Shown piece by piece: positions 13,518 to 24,500 of a stretch of 64,000 nt of DNA. The notes below the pieces were generated by a model, which saw nothing but the letters and a program-made list of their open reading frames with translations, was not told the DNA's origin and searched no databases. The position numbers and the translations under genes were made by a program. Position 1 is the stretch's first letter. Each line of letters begins with the position of its first letter. The stretch comes from Scenedesmus sp. PABB004 (taxonomy: Eukaryota): contig JABVCE010000037.1 in the NCBI GenBank assembly GCA_014905635.1, forward strand, positions 186,001-250,000, in the 5' to 3' direction.

Positions 13518-14025
13518 ATGCTGCCCTGGGCGGTGCCACGCTTCAACGCTCGTCCGCCCGCCCGCCGCCCGCTCCGGCCGCCGGCGCGCCGCGCGCCTGC
13601 CGGCGTGCGTGCAGTCCAGGCAGTTGCCGGCGGAGCTGACGGAGGCGGAGCCGCGGGCGGCCGCCCGGCAGGCTCGCGCGCGGTCAGCAGCGGCGGCGAG
13701 CTGAGCGTCGGCGCGCTCGTTGGCGACGGCGCCGGGGGCTCGGGGCTGCGTCGCGCGGGTGCGTCCTGCGGCAGCGACGGCCCGCGTCGCTGACCTGCGG
13801 GCTGGGCATTTGGAGAGGCTTTTCGCCGGCGCTTGAACCGCCAACTTGACCACGGGCGAACGTGCGCGCGCGTCGCACCGCGCCCGCCTGGCCACGCTCA
13901 CCAGACCCGCGCCCTCACCAACACCTGTCCGCGCCGCTCCCGAAGCCCGGCCCATCGCCCACGATCGCAGCCCGGCAGCTCGTCCATCTCTCGTGCCCCC
14001 AACAACGGCCCCGCACCGCGCAGCG

Positions 14026-15022
14026 ATGAAGCGCACCACCCGGGAGTTCTGCGCGTCGTTTGAGCAGCAGCTCAAGGCCGTCAGGCCGCAGACGGGTGCG
14101 GCGCGGCGGCGGCGGCGGCAGCGAGAGCTTGAGCTCAACAACGCACCGTGGCGCCGCTCGCTCGGCGCGCCCGACCCCCCGCCGCCGCGGCCGTCCGCTC
14201 GCGCAGTCAATCCCTTTGCGCTGATGATGGAGGCGGCGGCGCACCAGCACCACGAGCAGCCGCACGAGCCGCAGCAGCGGCAGCACGCGGCGCGCCCGCT
14301 CCGCGCGCGCGGGTGCCACGGCGCGGTCGTCCCCTGCGCGCACTGCGGGTGCGGCCTGGCCGAGCGCGGTGCGGCGCTCTGCTTCGCCTGCAAGGGCGTG
14401 TACTGCGCCAGCTGCAGCGTGGCCAACTACGACGCGCGCGAGGACCGCGTGTTCTGCCTCGACTGCTTTTCGGACGGCGGCGGCGGCGTGAGTGGCGGGG
14501 GCCGGCGCGGGAGCTGCGCGCGCGCGCGGCAAACAGAAGCCAGCGTCGACGCCCACGCAGCGCGGGAGGTCGGCCCCGGCGCCTGACCCCCCCCCCCCCC
14601 CCCCCCCCCCCCCGCCGCTGCGCCGCGCCGCCATGCCGCAGTCGCCCGCCTGCTGCGCGTCGGACGCGCTCGAGCTCGGGGGCGGCTTCGACGCGGCGCA
14701 CGCCGACACGCCCGGCAGCGGCGCGGCGGGCAGCGGCGGCTCCCGGGGCAGCCTCATGCGCGCGTGCAGCCGCGCCGCGTCGGCGGCGGCCGCGTCGATG
14801 GCGGCGGCGGGCGGCGGCACGCCGTTTGGCAGCAGCAGCCTCGGCGGCGCCGGCGCGGGCGGCGCCGGCGCGCTCGCCTGGGACGGCGCAGCCTCGGCCT
14901 CCCCGCTCGGGCGCGGCGGCGCGGCAGCGCTGCTGGCGACGTCGCCGGTGATGCCGTTTATGGGTGCCTGCACCGACGGCTACGTCGGCCTCGCCGCGCG
15001 CGTCGTCGGGGCGGGCTACTGA
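14026..15022 (+). CDS. Siva-like Cys-rich zinc-finger protein, 3 exons
   Basis: MKRTTREFCASFEQQLK...; exon 2 has CAHCGC...CFACKGVYCASCSVANYDAREDRVFCLDC; a phase-0 intron (~14488-14641) leads to exon 3, which ends in TGA at 15022. Confidence 0.65.
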
Positions 15023-15336
15023 GTCGGTGGCAGCGCAGCAGCTGGTCGGGCGCGGGCGGCGCGGTTTTGCTTGCTGGGCCCTGGTAACAGGGGCGGCGTG
15101 CTGTCGCGTGCTGAGAACGCGAGCTCCCGAAGCTCCAGCGCCCGGGCAGCGTCAGGGAGTGCTGGGCAGGCCTGGCGACAGCGCGCCATCCATGCCCGCG
15201 CCCTCCCTCGCACCAGCCACGCGATCGTCAGCGCCAGGGCTGCAGTTTCGTCTCTTGAAGCTTAAAGCCACACGCACGTGCGCTGCGGCGCTCGGCGCGC
15301 AGGCGGACTGCGGCCACCACCAACGCCGCGCCCGGC

Positions 15337-15651
15337 ATGAATAAGCGCGACGGGTTCAAGGTGCAGCAGTGCTACGGCACCTGCCGCACCGACGCCGCGC
15401 CGCCGCGGCCGCTGCTGTTCAACCGCGATGTGAACGCGGCGGCCAACATTGCCGCGCTGGGCCTGGCGCAGACGTTTGTGGGCGCGACCGCGGCGGGCGC
15501 GGCCGCGGCGGCCGGGGCGGCGGCCGGGGCGGCGGTCGGCGCGGGCGCGGCGGGCGCGGGCGGGGCGGGGCGGGGCGGCGGGGGCGAGCTCACGCCGCCC
15601 CAGTCTGACGGCGACGATATGGATTGGGAGCCAGGCGCGGGCGGAAGTTGA
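15337..15651 (+). pseudogene. C-terminal fragment of a TnpB/Fanzor-like RuvC nuclease
   Basis: KVQQCYGTC...LLFNRDVNAAANIAALG matches the zinc-ribbon half plus (D/N)RDxNAAxNI RuvC-III motif of TnpB/Fanzor. There is an in-frame stop upstream at 15256 and no RuvC-I/II was seen. Confidence 0.7.
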
Positions 15652-15950
15652 GTTTGAGGTCCCGAGGTCGGAGGTCCGAGGTCCCAGCCGTCGCCGCCGC
15701 CGGGGCGCGCGCCCCGGCGGCGGCCGGTGCCCGGTCGCGGCGGGTGCCGGGCTTGAATGGGTTTGAGCGGCGCCTGCGTCCGAGTTGCTCAGGACCTGCC
15801 TGCGCGTCTGCTCATGTGTGGTGTGTGTGCGGCCAACGACCGTGTGCACAGCAGCACGCTGCGCCCTCGCGGGGCGTCCCGCCGGGACGCCCGACGCGTC
15901 TGGGGGCAAGCGGCCCCAGGCGTCACACACGTGTGTGTGTGCGGGGTTAA
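15652..15950 (+). ncRNA. Candidate omegaRNA scaffold (structured RNA at the element's 3' end)
   Basis: Perfect 32-nt palindrome at 15693-15724; 9-bp stem GGGCGTCCC/GGGACGCCC at 15872-15892; stem GACGC-CTGGGG...CCCCAG-GCGTC at 15893-15924. All lie downstream of the Fanzor-like ORF. Confidence 0.4.
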
Positions 15951-16334
15951 TAAGAACACCAGCAGGCCACCTGAACAAGGTGTGCTGGCCGCGCCCGGGT
16001 TTTGCCGTCGTGCTGCTGTTGGAGCCTGCCTGCTGGTGGCGGCCGCGCCTCGCGCGGCCGTTCAGAAGTCGCGCGCTCCTAGTGCGTTGCGGTGCCCGGT
16101 GCAGGGCTGCCCAGCGAGCCCCGGGGGCAGCTACGCCTTCGGTTGTGTAGCAACGCCGCAGCAGCGGCGACCGGCGCGCCGCGGGCCTGGCAGCTCGCTG
16201 AGGCTGCTGCTCCCCCGCGACACACACAGGTCCAGGAGCGCCGGTCGCCGCGGCTGCTGGGCGCTGTGTTGTTGCTCAGCCTCCCGCTGCTGCTCGCCGC
16301 GGGAGCTGACGACGCGTGCGCCGCGGCTCCCGCC

Positions 16335-17587
16335 ATGCTGCCCACGCTCTTCATCCCGCACGGCGGCGGCCCCCTCCCGGTGCTGGGCTCGCCCTGCCAC
16401 GCCGCGCTCTCGCCGGCGCTCGCGGGCCTCCCGCGCCGCCTGCCGACGGCGCCGCGGTCCATCCTGCTCGTGTCGGCGCACTGGGAGGTGCGGCCCCGCG
16501 GGCGGCCGCAGCTCGCTGGCGCCGCCGACACCGCCCCTGTCGACGCACGCTCGCGCACGCGCACGCGCGCGGCAGGAGGCGGAGCCAACGCTCACGTCGA
16601 GCGCGGCGCCGTCCCTTGTCTACGACTACGCTGGCTTCCCTCCTGCAGCATACGAGCTGACCTACCCCGCCCCGGGCAGCCCCGAGCTCGCGCAGCGCGC
16701 GGCGGCGCTGCTGCGGTGCGCGCCCGCGCGCCCGCGCGCGCGCCGCGCGACAGGCCCGCGAGAGGCCCGCCCGCGCGAGCCGCCGCCGCCGCCGCCGCCG
16801 CGGCGCAGGGGCGCGGGCTTTGACGCCCGCCTGGACGCGGCGCGCGGCCTCGACCACGGCGCGTACGTGCCGCTGCTGCTCATGTGGCCAGACGCGGAGC
16901 TGCCGGTGGTGCAGCTGTCGCTCAAGGCCGGGCTGGACCCCAAGGCACGCGCGCAGCGCGGCGCGGCCACGCGCGGCGCGCCCCTGGCCAGAGCTCTCGC
17001 TGCGGCCGTGCCGGGCACCGCCGCGGCCGGCCCCCGTCACGCGCACGCGCGCCCCCTCGCGCGCCGCCCGCCCGGCGTCAGGAGCACCTGGCGATGGGCG
17101 CCGCGCTCGTGCCGCTGCGGTCCGAGGGCGTGCTGCTGCTGTGCAGCGGAATGAGCTTCCATTCGATGCCGGTGCTCGGGCGCGGCATGGGCCGCCCGCC
17201 CGCGGCCGGCGCCGGGCGCGCGCTGCCCGGCCAGGTGCGCGGCGGCACGGCGCGGCGGCGCCCGCCGGCCACGCGTGGCGGCGCTGGCTGACCGCCGCAC
17301 TGTGCCGCCCGCCGCCTGCGCAGGAGTTCAACTCCTGGCTCCTCGGCGCGTGCCGGGCGGCGCCGGCGGAGCGGCGCGCGCTGCTGGCGGGCTGGGAGCG
17401 CGCGCCCGGCGCGCGGCAGGCGCACCCGCGCGAGGAGCACCTGCTGCCGCTCATGGTCGCCGCGGGCGCGGCGGGCGCCGACCCGGGCGCCGTGCTGTGG
17501 GACGGCGAGGCGATGGGCGCCGCCGTCTCGGCGTTCGGCTTTGGCGAGTTCGTCAGCGCGCCTGAGAGCGTGAGCGAGCGCGTGTGA
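16335..17587 (+). CDS. DODA: Extradiol ring-cleavage dioxygenase, LigB / 4,5-DOPA dioxygenase family, 5 exons
   Basis: PTLFIPHGGGP, LLVSAHWE, VYDYAGFP, YPAPGSPELA, RGLDHGAYVPL, PVVQLSL, SGMSFH, AHPREEHLLPL. Confidence 0.92.
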
Positions 17588-17905
17588 GCGTGTCAGCGCC
17601 TGCGAGCGTGTGTGCGTGAGCTCGTGAGCGTGAGAGCGCGAGCTCGCTCGAGCTCTCCGAGGTTGTCCGACCTCGAACCCCGCGCGTGTTGCTCGTGAGG
17701 GCTGGCAGCGCAGCCGTATGTGCCATCGACAATTCAGCTTGACGCACGAGCAGCCGTGGCAGCCGTCGAGCGCCACGCGCGCGAGCCAGCGCCCTCGAAG
17801 CACGCATCCAACTGTCGACGCTCGCGCCAGAGCGAGCGCGCCACAGAGCGAGCGTGGAGCTGTCCCTGAGCACCATCTTAAGCTCCTCGGGCAGTCGAGA
17901 CGTCC

Positions 17906-18400
17906 ATGCCAGCCATTCGGGCGCCGCTGCTGCTGGTGGTGGCGCTCCTGGCAGCAGCGCGCTGCAGCGCAGCCGCCGAGGCTGCCGCGCCGCCCCAGCA
18001 GCAGCAGCAGCAGGCGCAGAAGCAGCAGAAGGCGCAGCAGCAGCAGCAGCAGGCGCCGCCGCTGCGCCGGGGCAGCGGCCCCCCGATGCCTGTGTGAGCG
18101 CCGCCCCGCCGCGCGCGGCGGCCGCCGCCCGCCGCCGGCTGCCCCGCCGGTGCCGAACAGCGCCGCCCACCGCCCGCCGCCGCCTCCGGTAGGTACGGCA
18201 ACTGGTGCGGCCCCAACTACGGCAAGGGGACGCCGATCGACGCGCTGGACCGCTGCTGCGAGACCCACGACCGGTGCTACGACGCGAAAGGCTACTTCTC
18301 CTGCGGCTGCGACCGCGCCATTGTGGCGTGCGCCAATCGGTGCGGCCAGGCGCCAGCCGGGGCCAGCATGCGGGGCCCCGCCGCCGCGCCGCGAGCAGCC

Positions 18401-18434
<34 letters not shown>

Positions 18435-18583
18435 CCCGCGCCCGCAGGGTGAGCTACGCCGCCAGCGACCTGCTCCGCCGCGGCGTGCGCGCGGCGGTGG
18501 TGAGCTACTTTGAGAACACAGCCTGCCGCTGCGGGGGGCCGGGCCGGGCGTGGACCGCGCCCGTGCGCGCCAGCGCGTGCTGA
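17906..18583 (+). CDS. Secreted phospholipase A2 (small sPLA2), 3 exons
   Basis: Signal peptide [22 protein letters not shown]. Exon 2 (~18193-18339) reads [29 protein letters not shown]...CGCD, i.e. the Ca2+ loop and the catalytic His-Asp. Confidence 0.9.
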
Positions 18584-19033
18584 GCAACGGGCCGCGCTGT
18601 GCAACTCGCGAGTGTTGCGGCCGCCGCCCGGCACGCCGCCGCCGCGGCGGCGTGCACCAGAGCCCTGGCTGGGCGTGCGCCGGCAGTCCCGCACCACGCT
18701 CGGCGCGGGCGCGCAGGCGCGCGGCGCCCGCTCCAGCGCGCGCTGCCTGCCAGCAGCGAGCCAGGCTGGCCACCCGCGGGCGACCCCCGCTGCATGCCGC
18801 CGCCGCGGCGCAGCGCGCCAGAGCTCTGCCCGAGCTCGCGCCGGCAGTCCCACGCCGAGCTGGGCCGCGCGCGTCGGGCCCGGGGGGCGGCGAGCGGCGG
18901 CGGCGCAGCGCCGCGGCGCGCGTGACGGCCGGCGCCAAGCCCCGCGCGCCCGCGCCCGCCCGGCACCTTCGTGTGATCTCATCACACGCACGAGCAGCCC
19001 GAGCTGCTCGCCAGCCCCTCGCAAGCAGGCGCA

Positions 19034-19703
19034 ATGGCTGTCGCGGGGAAGAGCGCCGCTCGGCGCGCGGCGGCCGCGACGCGCGGCTCGCACAGCTCGG
19101 TGGCGCGCCCCGGCGCGCCCCTGGCGCGGCGCAGCGACGGTGAGCGTCGGGACGCCGGGCATCGAGCCCCCGCGCCGCGCCTGCGCCGTCGCGCGGGCTG
19201 GCCGACGGCGGATTGGCTCCCCAGGTCGCGTGGCCGCATCCCGGCGCGGCCCCGCGGTTGCGGGCGGCCGCGCCGGCCGGCAGGCGCCCGCCGCCTGGCG
19301 GTCGCGGTCGCGGGCCTTGGGCGCCGCGCACGCGCCCCGCCCGGGGCCGCGCGCCGGCGCGGACGGCGCCGTGAGCCGCGCCGCGCCATCCCACGTGCCC
19401 GCCCCGCCGCCGCGCGCCGCGCCGCCGCCGCAGCTGCTGTGGCCCTCGCGCGCCGCGCCGCGCCCGCGCCCGGCGCCGCGCCGCCGGCGGCCGCGCGCCG
19501 CAGCCTGGCCTGCCGCGTGGCGGCCGCTGAGGGTGAGCGCGGCGCCGCGGGGCGCCCGACGGGCCGCCGGCCGCTCGCGGCGCGCTGCGGCGGCGCCGCC
19601 CACACGTGCGCGCATGCTGCCGCGCCTGTGCCGCGCCGCAGCGCCGCCCGCGGCCGCCGCGGGCGCCAGCGACAGCGTGACGCGCGACGACGTGCGCAAC
19701 ATC

Positions 19704-19744
<41 letters not shown>

Positions 19745-20418
19745 GCGGGCGGCAGGCGGCCGCGGCGGCGGCGGGCGGCGGGGCGGGCGGCAGCAGCGCT
19801 GGTGGCAGCGCAGCCGCGGCATCAGCTGTCACGCCCCGCGCTGCACGGCCTGCCGCGTCTGACGTGACAGCTGATGCCGCGGCCGCGCTGCGGTCGCGGC
19901 AGCACCGCTCCGCCGCGCGCGCGCCGCCGCCGAGGTCAGGGCCCGCAGCGAGCGCCTGACGCACCCGCGCAACCCCCGCCCCCTCGCCCGCCCGCCCAGG
20001 TGGACGCCATGCTCAAGCAGTCCAAGGTCTTCCGCGACAACCAGGCACAGACGGTGCGCGCGGCAGCGTGGCGACCCGGGCGGCGGCAGCAGCGCGGCGG
20101 CGGGCGGCGCTGGCGCGGCAGCGTGGCCTTTTGGTGGCGGCAGGAGCGCAGCGGCAGCGCGGCGGCGGTGGCAGCGCCGGCGGCGCGGCGGCGGCGGCGG
20201 CAGCGGCGGCGGCGGCGGCCGACCGCCCGCCCGCCCTCGCGCCGGCCGCCCGCCCGGCAGGTGCGCGTGATGGACAGCAACGCGCTGGAGCGCGAGCGCG
20301 GCATCACCATCCTCGCCAAGAACACCGCCATCAGGTGCGCGGGCGGCAGCGGCGGCAGCAGCGGTAGTCGCAGCAGCGGCGGCGGCGGCGGCGGCGGCGG
20401 CGCAGCGGCGGCCGTGCG

Positions 20419-20482
<64 letters not shown>

Positions 20483-20483
20483 G

Positions 20484-20555
<72 letters not shown>

Positions 20556-21481
20556 CCCCCCCCCACCTTCTCTCTCCCGACGCGCTCACCCAATGCGCCC
20601 AATGCGCGCCCAATGCACCCCCCACACACACTGTGCACTCCCTCTTAGGTACAAGGGCGTGAAGATCAACGTCATCGACACCCCCGGCCACGCCGACTTT
20701 GGGGGCGAGGTCGAGCGCGTGCTCAACATGTGCGACGGTGAGGCAGCGCCGGCGAGGAGCCCTAGGGCAGGTGGAGGCGGCGGCTCGGGGAGGGAGGCCG
20801 GCAGGGTGCAGGGCAGGCGGGCGAGGCCTCGAGCGCGTGCTCGGCGTGCGCGGTGGGGAGGGCTGAGGAGGGCGTCCACGTGGCGTGCCTCGCACGCGCC
20901 ATGTCATCTGCCACGCCTCGCCCCAAGAGAGAGGCACGGCGCGCAGACAGCGTGGCGCGTGCGAGGCACGCCGTGTGGACGGCATGGGCAGGGAGGGCTG
21001 CAGGGAGGCGGGCAGGGCGGCGAGGCCTGCAGCGCGTGCTCAGGCCGCGTGGCGGCGAGCCCCAGCGAGGAGCGGCGGCGCTGCAGGGCGGAGCGGCGGC
21101 CGGCCGGGCGTGCGGGGCCGCGGCCGGCCGCCGCACGCACCTGGCCGCCGCACGCACGCAGCCGGACGCATGCGCCCGCTGCGCCGCCGGCCGGGCGCAC
21201 GCGCGCGCCCGCCCAGGGCCGCCCCCGCGCCGCCGCCGGCGCCGCCAGGCGTGCTGCTGCTGGTCGACTCTGTCGAGGGCCCCATGCCCCAGACGCGCTT
21301 CGTGACCAAGAAGGCCCTCGCCCTCAACAAAAAGGCGCGGCGGCGCGGCGCGCTGTTCGCACCAGCGCGCGGCGCGGCGGCCGCCGCGGTGCTGCCGCGC
21401 GTGGCGCGGCGGCCGCAGCGAGCGGAGCGGGCCTCGCCGGCTCACACAGCCCTCCCTCCCTCTCTCTCTCTCTCTCTCTCC

Positions 21482-21517
<36 letters not shown>

Positions 21518-24500
21518 CCCTCTCTCTCTCTCTCTCTTTCCGCCCTCTCTCACCTCACTGCGTCCCCCCCTGCCCCCGCGCCTGCCCCCCAGGTGGTGGT
21601 CGTGGTGAACAAGATCGACCGCCCCGCCGCGCGGCCCGACTGGGTTGTCGACGCGACGTTCGAGGTGCGCCCCTCGGGGGCGCCGCGCCCGCGCCGGGGC
21701 ACCGCGGCCCCGCCCCGCCTCGCGGCCGCGCACCCCGCGGCCACGCCCCGCGCCGCGCAGCCGCGCAGCACACCGTGCAGCTGCCGTTGCGCCGCCCCGC
21801 GCCGTGCGCCGCGCCGCCGCGCCTCGCTCCTCCCTGCTGCCGGTGCCCGCGCCCCCAGCACCCTCCTGGGCCCCCACGCCTCTCTCAGAACCCCCACGCC
21901 GCTGGACCGCCGCCCCCGCCGCAAAACCCCGCCGCAAAACCGCGCCGCAAAACCCCTGCCGCAGCTGTTCATGGACCTGGGCGCCAACGACGAGCAGTGC
22001 GACTTCCCGGTCGTGTATGCGAGCGGCGTCAACGGCATCGCCGGCACGGCGGCCGACGCGCTGTCGGAGGACCTGCAGCCGCTCTTCGAGGCGATTGTGC
22101 GCGAGGTGGGCCTGGGCCTGGGCGGGCCCACGGGGGTTTAAGCGCGCGGGGGTTTAAGCGCGCGGGGTTGGGGCCGCGGGGCGCGCGCGGGGGCTTCAAA
22201 CGACGCGCGCGTGGGCGCTCCTCCCCTCCTCCTCGCCGACACGCGCCGCACTCGCCCTCCCCCTCACACCCCGCCCACGCCCTCCGCCCCGCGCCGCCGC
22301 CGCGTCGTCGCCGCGGCCGCCAGGTCGGCGCGCCCGTGGTCGCGCCGGAGGCGCCGCTGCAGATGCTGGTGACCAACATTGACTACGACGAGCACAAGGG
22401 CCGCATCGCCATCGGCCGCGTCTCAGCCGGCACCATCCGCAAGGCCCAGCCGGTGCGTGTGGTGTTTTTTTTTTGGGGGGGGGGGGGGGAGGCTGCGAGT
22501 GGCGGGCGGGGCTGCGCGGGCCGCGCTGCGCGTATGTGCGCGCGGGGCGCCGACGCGCGCCCGCCCGCCCGCGCCCGGCCGCAGGTCTCGCTGTGCAGCA
22601 GCCTTGAGCCCGGCCGCGTGCGCCAGGGCAAGGTGCGCGCGCCGCGCCGCTGCGCCCTCTCTCCCGCCCTCCCTCCCTGCTTCCCTCCTCCAGCCCTCTC
22701 CGCCAGCCTGCCCGCGCGCCCCTGAACCCTGTTTGACGCCCTGCCCAACCCCATTCAACCGGCACATCCTCAACCCCGCCGCCCCACCCCGCCAGGTCGC
22801 GGAGCTGTTTGTGTACGACAACTTCAGCCGTGTGCCGGTGGAGGAGGTGCAGGCGGGCGACATCTGCGCGCTCACGGGCATACAGGACATCGGGGTGCGC
22901 GCGCAGGGTTTAGGGGCTCGCCGCGCGCGGGGTTGAGGGGCCGAGGGGTTAAGGGGCTGCTGAGGGCGTAGGGGTCGCGGCGGGGCGCGGGGCCGGCCAG
23001 ACCGGGGCGGGAGCGGCGGCGCGGGACGGCGGCGGCGGCTGACGCGCGCCGCGCTGGCCTGCCGCGCTGTGCGCAGATCGGCGAGACGCTGTGCAGCCGC
23101 GACGCGCCGGTGGCGCTGCCGACGATCAAGGTGGAGGAGCCGACGGTCGCGATGACCTTCAAGGTGCGGCTGGCTGTGGTGATTGTGGGGGGGGGGGGGG
23201 GGAGGTGCTGCGTGCGCGGCGGCTGCGTGCGCGGCGGCTGCGTGCGCGGCGGCTGCGTGCGCACAGCAGCCCTGGTGATGGCGCCCGCCTCGCCTCTCAC
23301 CCCCTCTCCCCTCCGTCCAACCCTGAATGCCCCTGCTCACCCCCCCCCCCCCCAAAAAGGTCAACACGTCGCCGTTTGCGGGCAAGGAGGGCAAGTTTGT
23401 GACCTCGCGCAACATCAAGGACCGCCTCGACCGGTGCGCCGCCCCTCCTCCTGCGCCCACCCTCCCTCCTGCGCCGGCCCGTCCCAAACACTCACTCACT
23501 CACTCCCTCACAACTCACTCACTCATTTATTTATTCACTCACTCACTCACTCGCTTACTCACTCACTCACTCACTCACTCACTCACTCACTCACTTACTC
23601 ACTCTCACATACCACCACCAACCCCCGCGTGCCGCGGCCGCCCCGCACGCAGCGAGCTCGAGCGCAACCTCGCGATGAAGGTGGAGCCGGGGGAGACGGC
23701 CGACGCGTTTGTCGTGAGCGGGCGCGGCACGCTGCACCTGGGCATTCTCATCGAGTCGATGCGCCGCGAGGGCTACGAGTTTGAGATCGGCCCGCCCAAG
23801 GCGCGCCCGGGGTTTAAGCAGCGGCGCGGGGTTTTTGTTGCGGCGGGGCTTTGCACGGCGCACGAGGCTCTGGGCGGCGGGGCCTCGCGCGCGCGCTCCT
23901 CCGCGCCCGGCCCCCGGCCTGCCGCCGCGCCCCACCGCCGCCCCTCTCGCCCGTTGCTCCCCCACTGCCGTCCCCAACACCCCGCCCCAATCCTCGCCCC
24001 CTAAAACCCTACCTCCAACCCCGCGCAGGTCATCACGCGCGAGGTCGACGGAGTCAAGTGCGAGCCGTACGAGGAGGCGGTAGTGGAGGTGCCCGAGGCC
24101 TACGTCGGCTCCGTCGTGGAGCTCTTTGCGGCGCGCAAGGGCGAGATGCAGGACATGCAGCCCAGCATCGAGGTGCGTGGCAGGGGGGTTTAAAGGGTTT
24201 AGGGGGTTGACGGTTTAGGAGGTTGAGGGCTGAGAAAGCAGGATGCATGCGGCGTGGCGCGTGGGGCGCAGGCGGCGCGCCGAGGGTGCCGCCGCGCACG
24301 CCGTCGGCTTGACACACCACGCGTGTGGCGAGACCTGCCGCGCGCGCCCCCGCCTCACGCCTGGCCCCCGCGCTGCCCGCCCGCCCGCGCGCCTAAACCC
24401 CGCCTGCAGGGCACGACGCGGCTGACGTTCAAGGTCGCGACGCGGGGCCTGCTGGGGCTCAAGAACGCGCTGCTCACCGCGACGCGCGGCCTGGGGCTGC

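Larger units (their letters stand above)
15262..15950 (+). mobile_element. Putative non-autonomous Fanzor/TnpB-derived element bounded by TTAA
   Basis: TTAA at 15262-15265 and 15947-15950, imperfect inverted ends (CACACGCACGTGCG vs reverse-complement CACACACACGTGTG), an internal RuvC-III-like ORF and 3' hairpins. Confidence 0.55.

Noticed and set aside
12588..14613. Poly-C runs (12588-12610, 14587-14613) as special elements
   Set aside because: Ordinary intronic homopolymers, common throughout the window.
16040..16083. Hairpin CGGCCGCGC/GCGCGGCCG followed by CTAGT as a Helitron 3' end for the Fanzor fragment
   Set aside because: GC-only stems arise easily by chance here and the 18-nt spacing is long; the TTAA-bounded model fits better, although this alternative is not excluded.
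1..18583. Lipase, PLA2 and dioxygenase as a metabolic gene cluster
   Set aside because: Interspersed with unrelated genes, with no shared pathway evidence.
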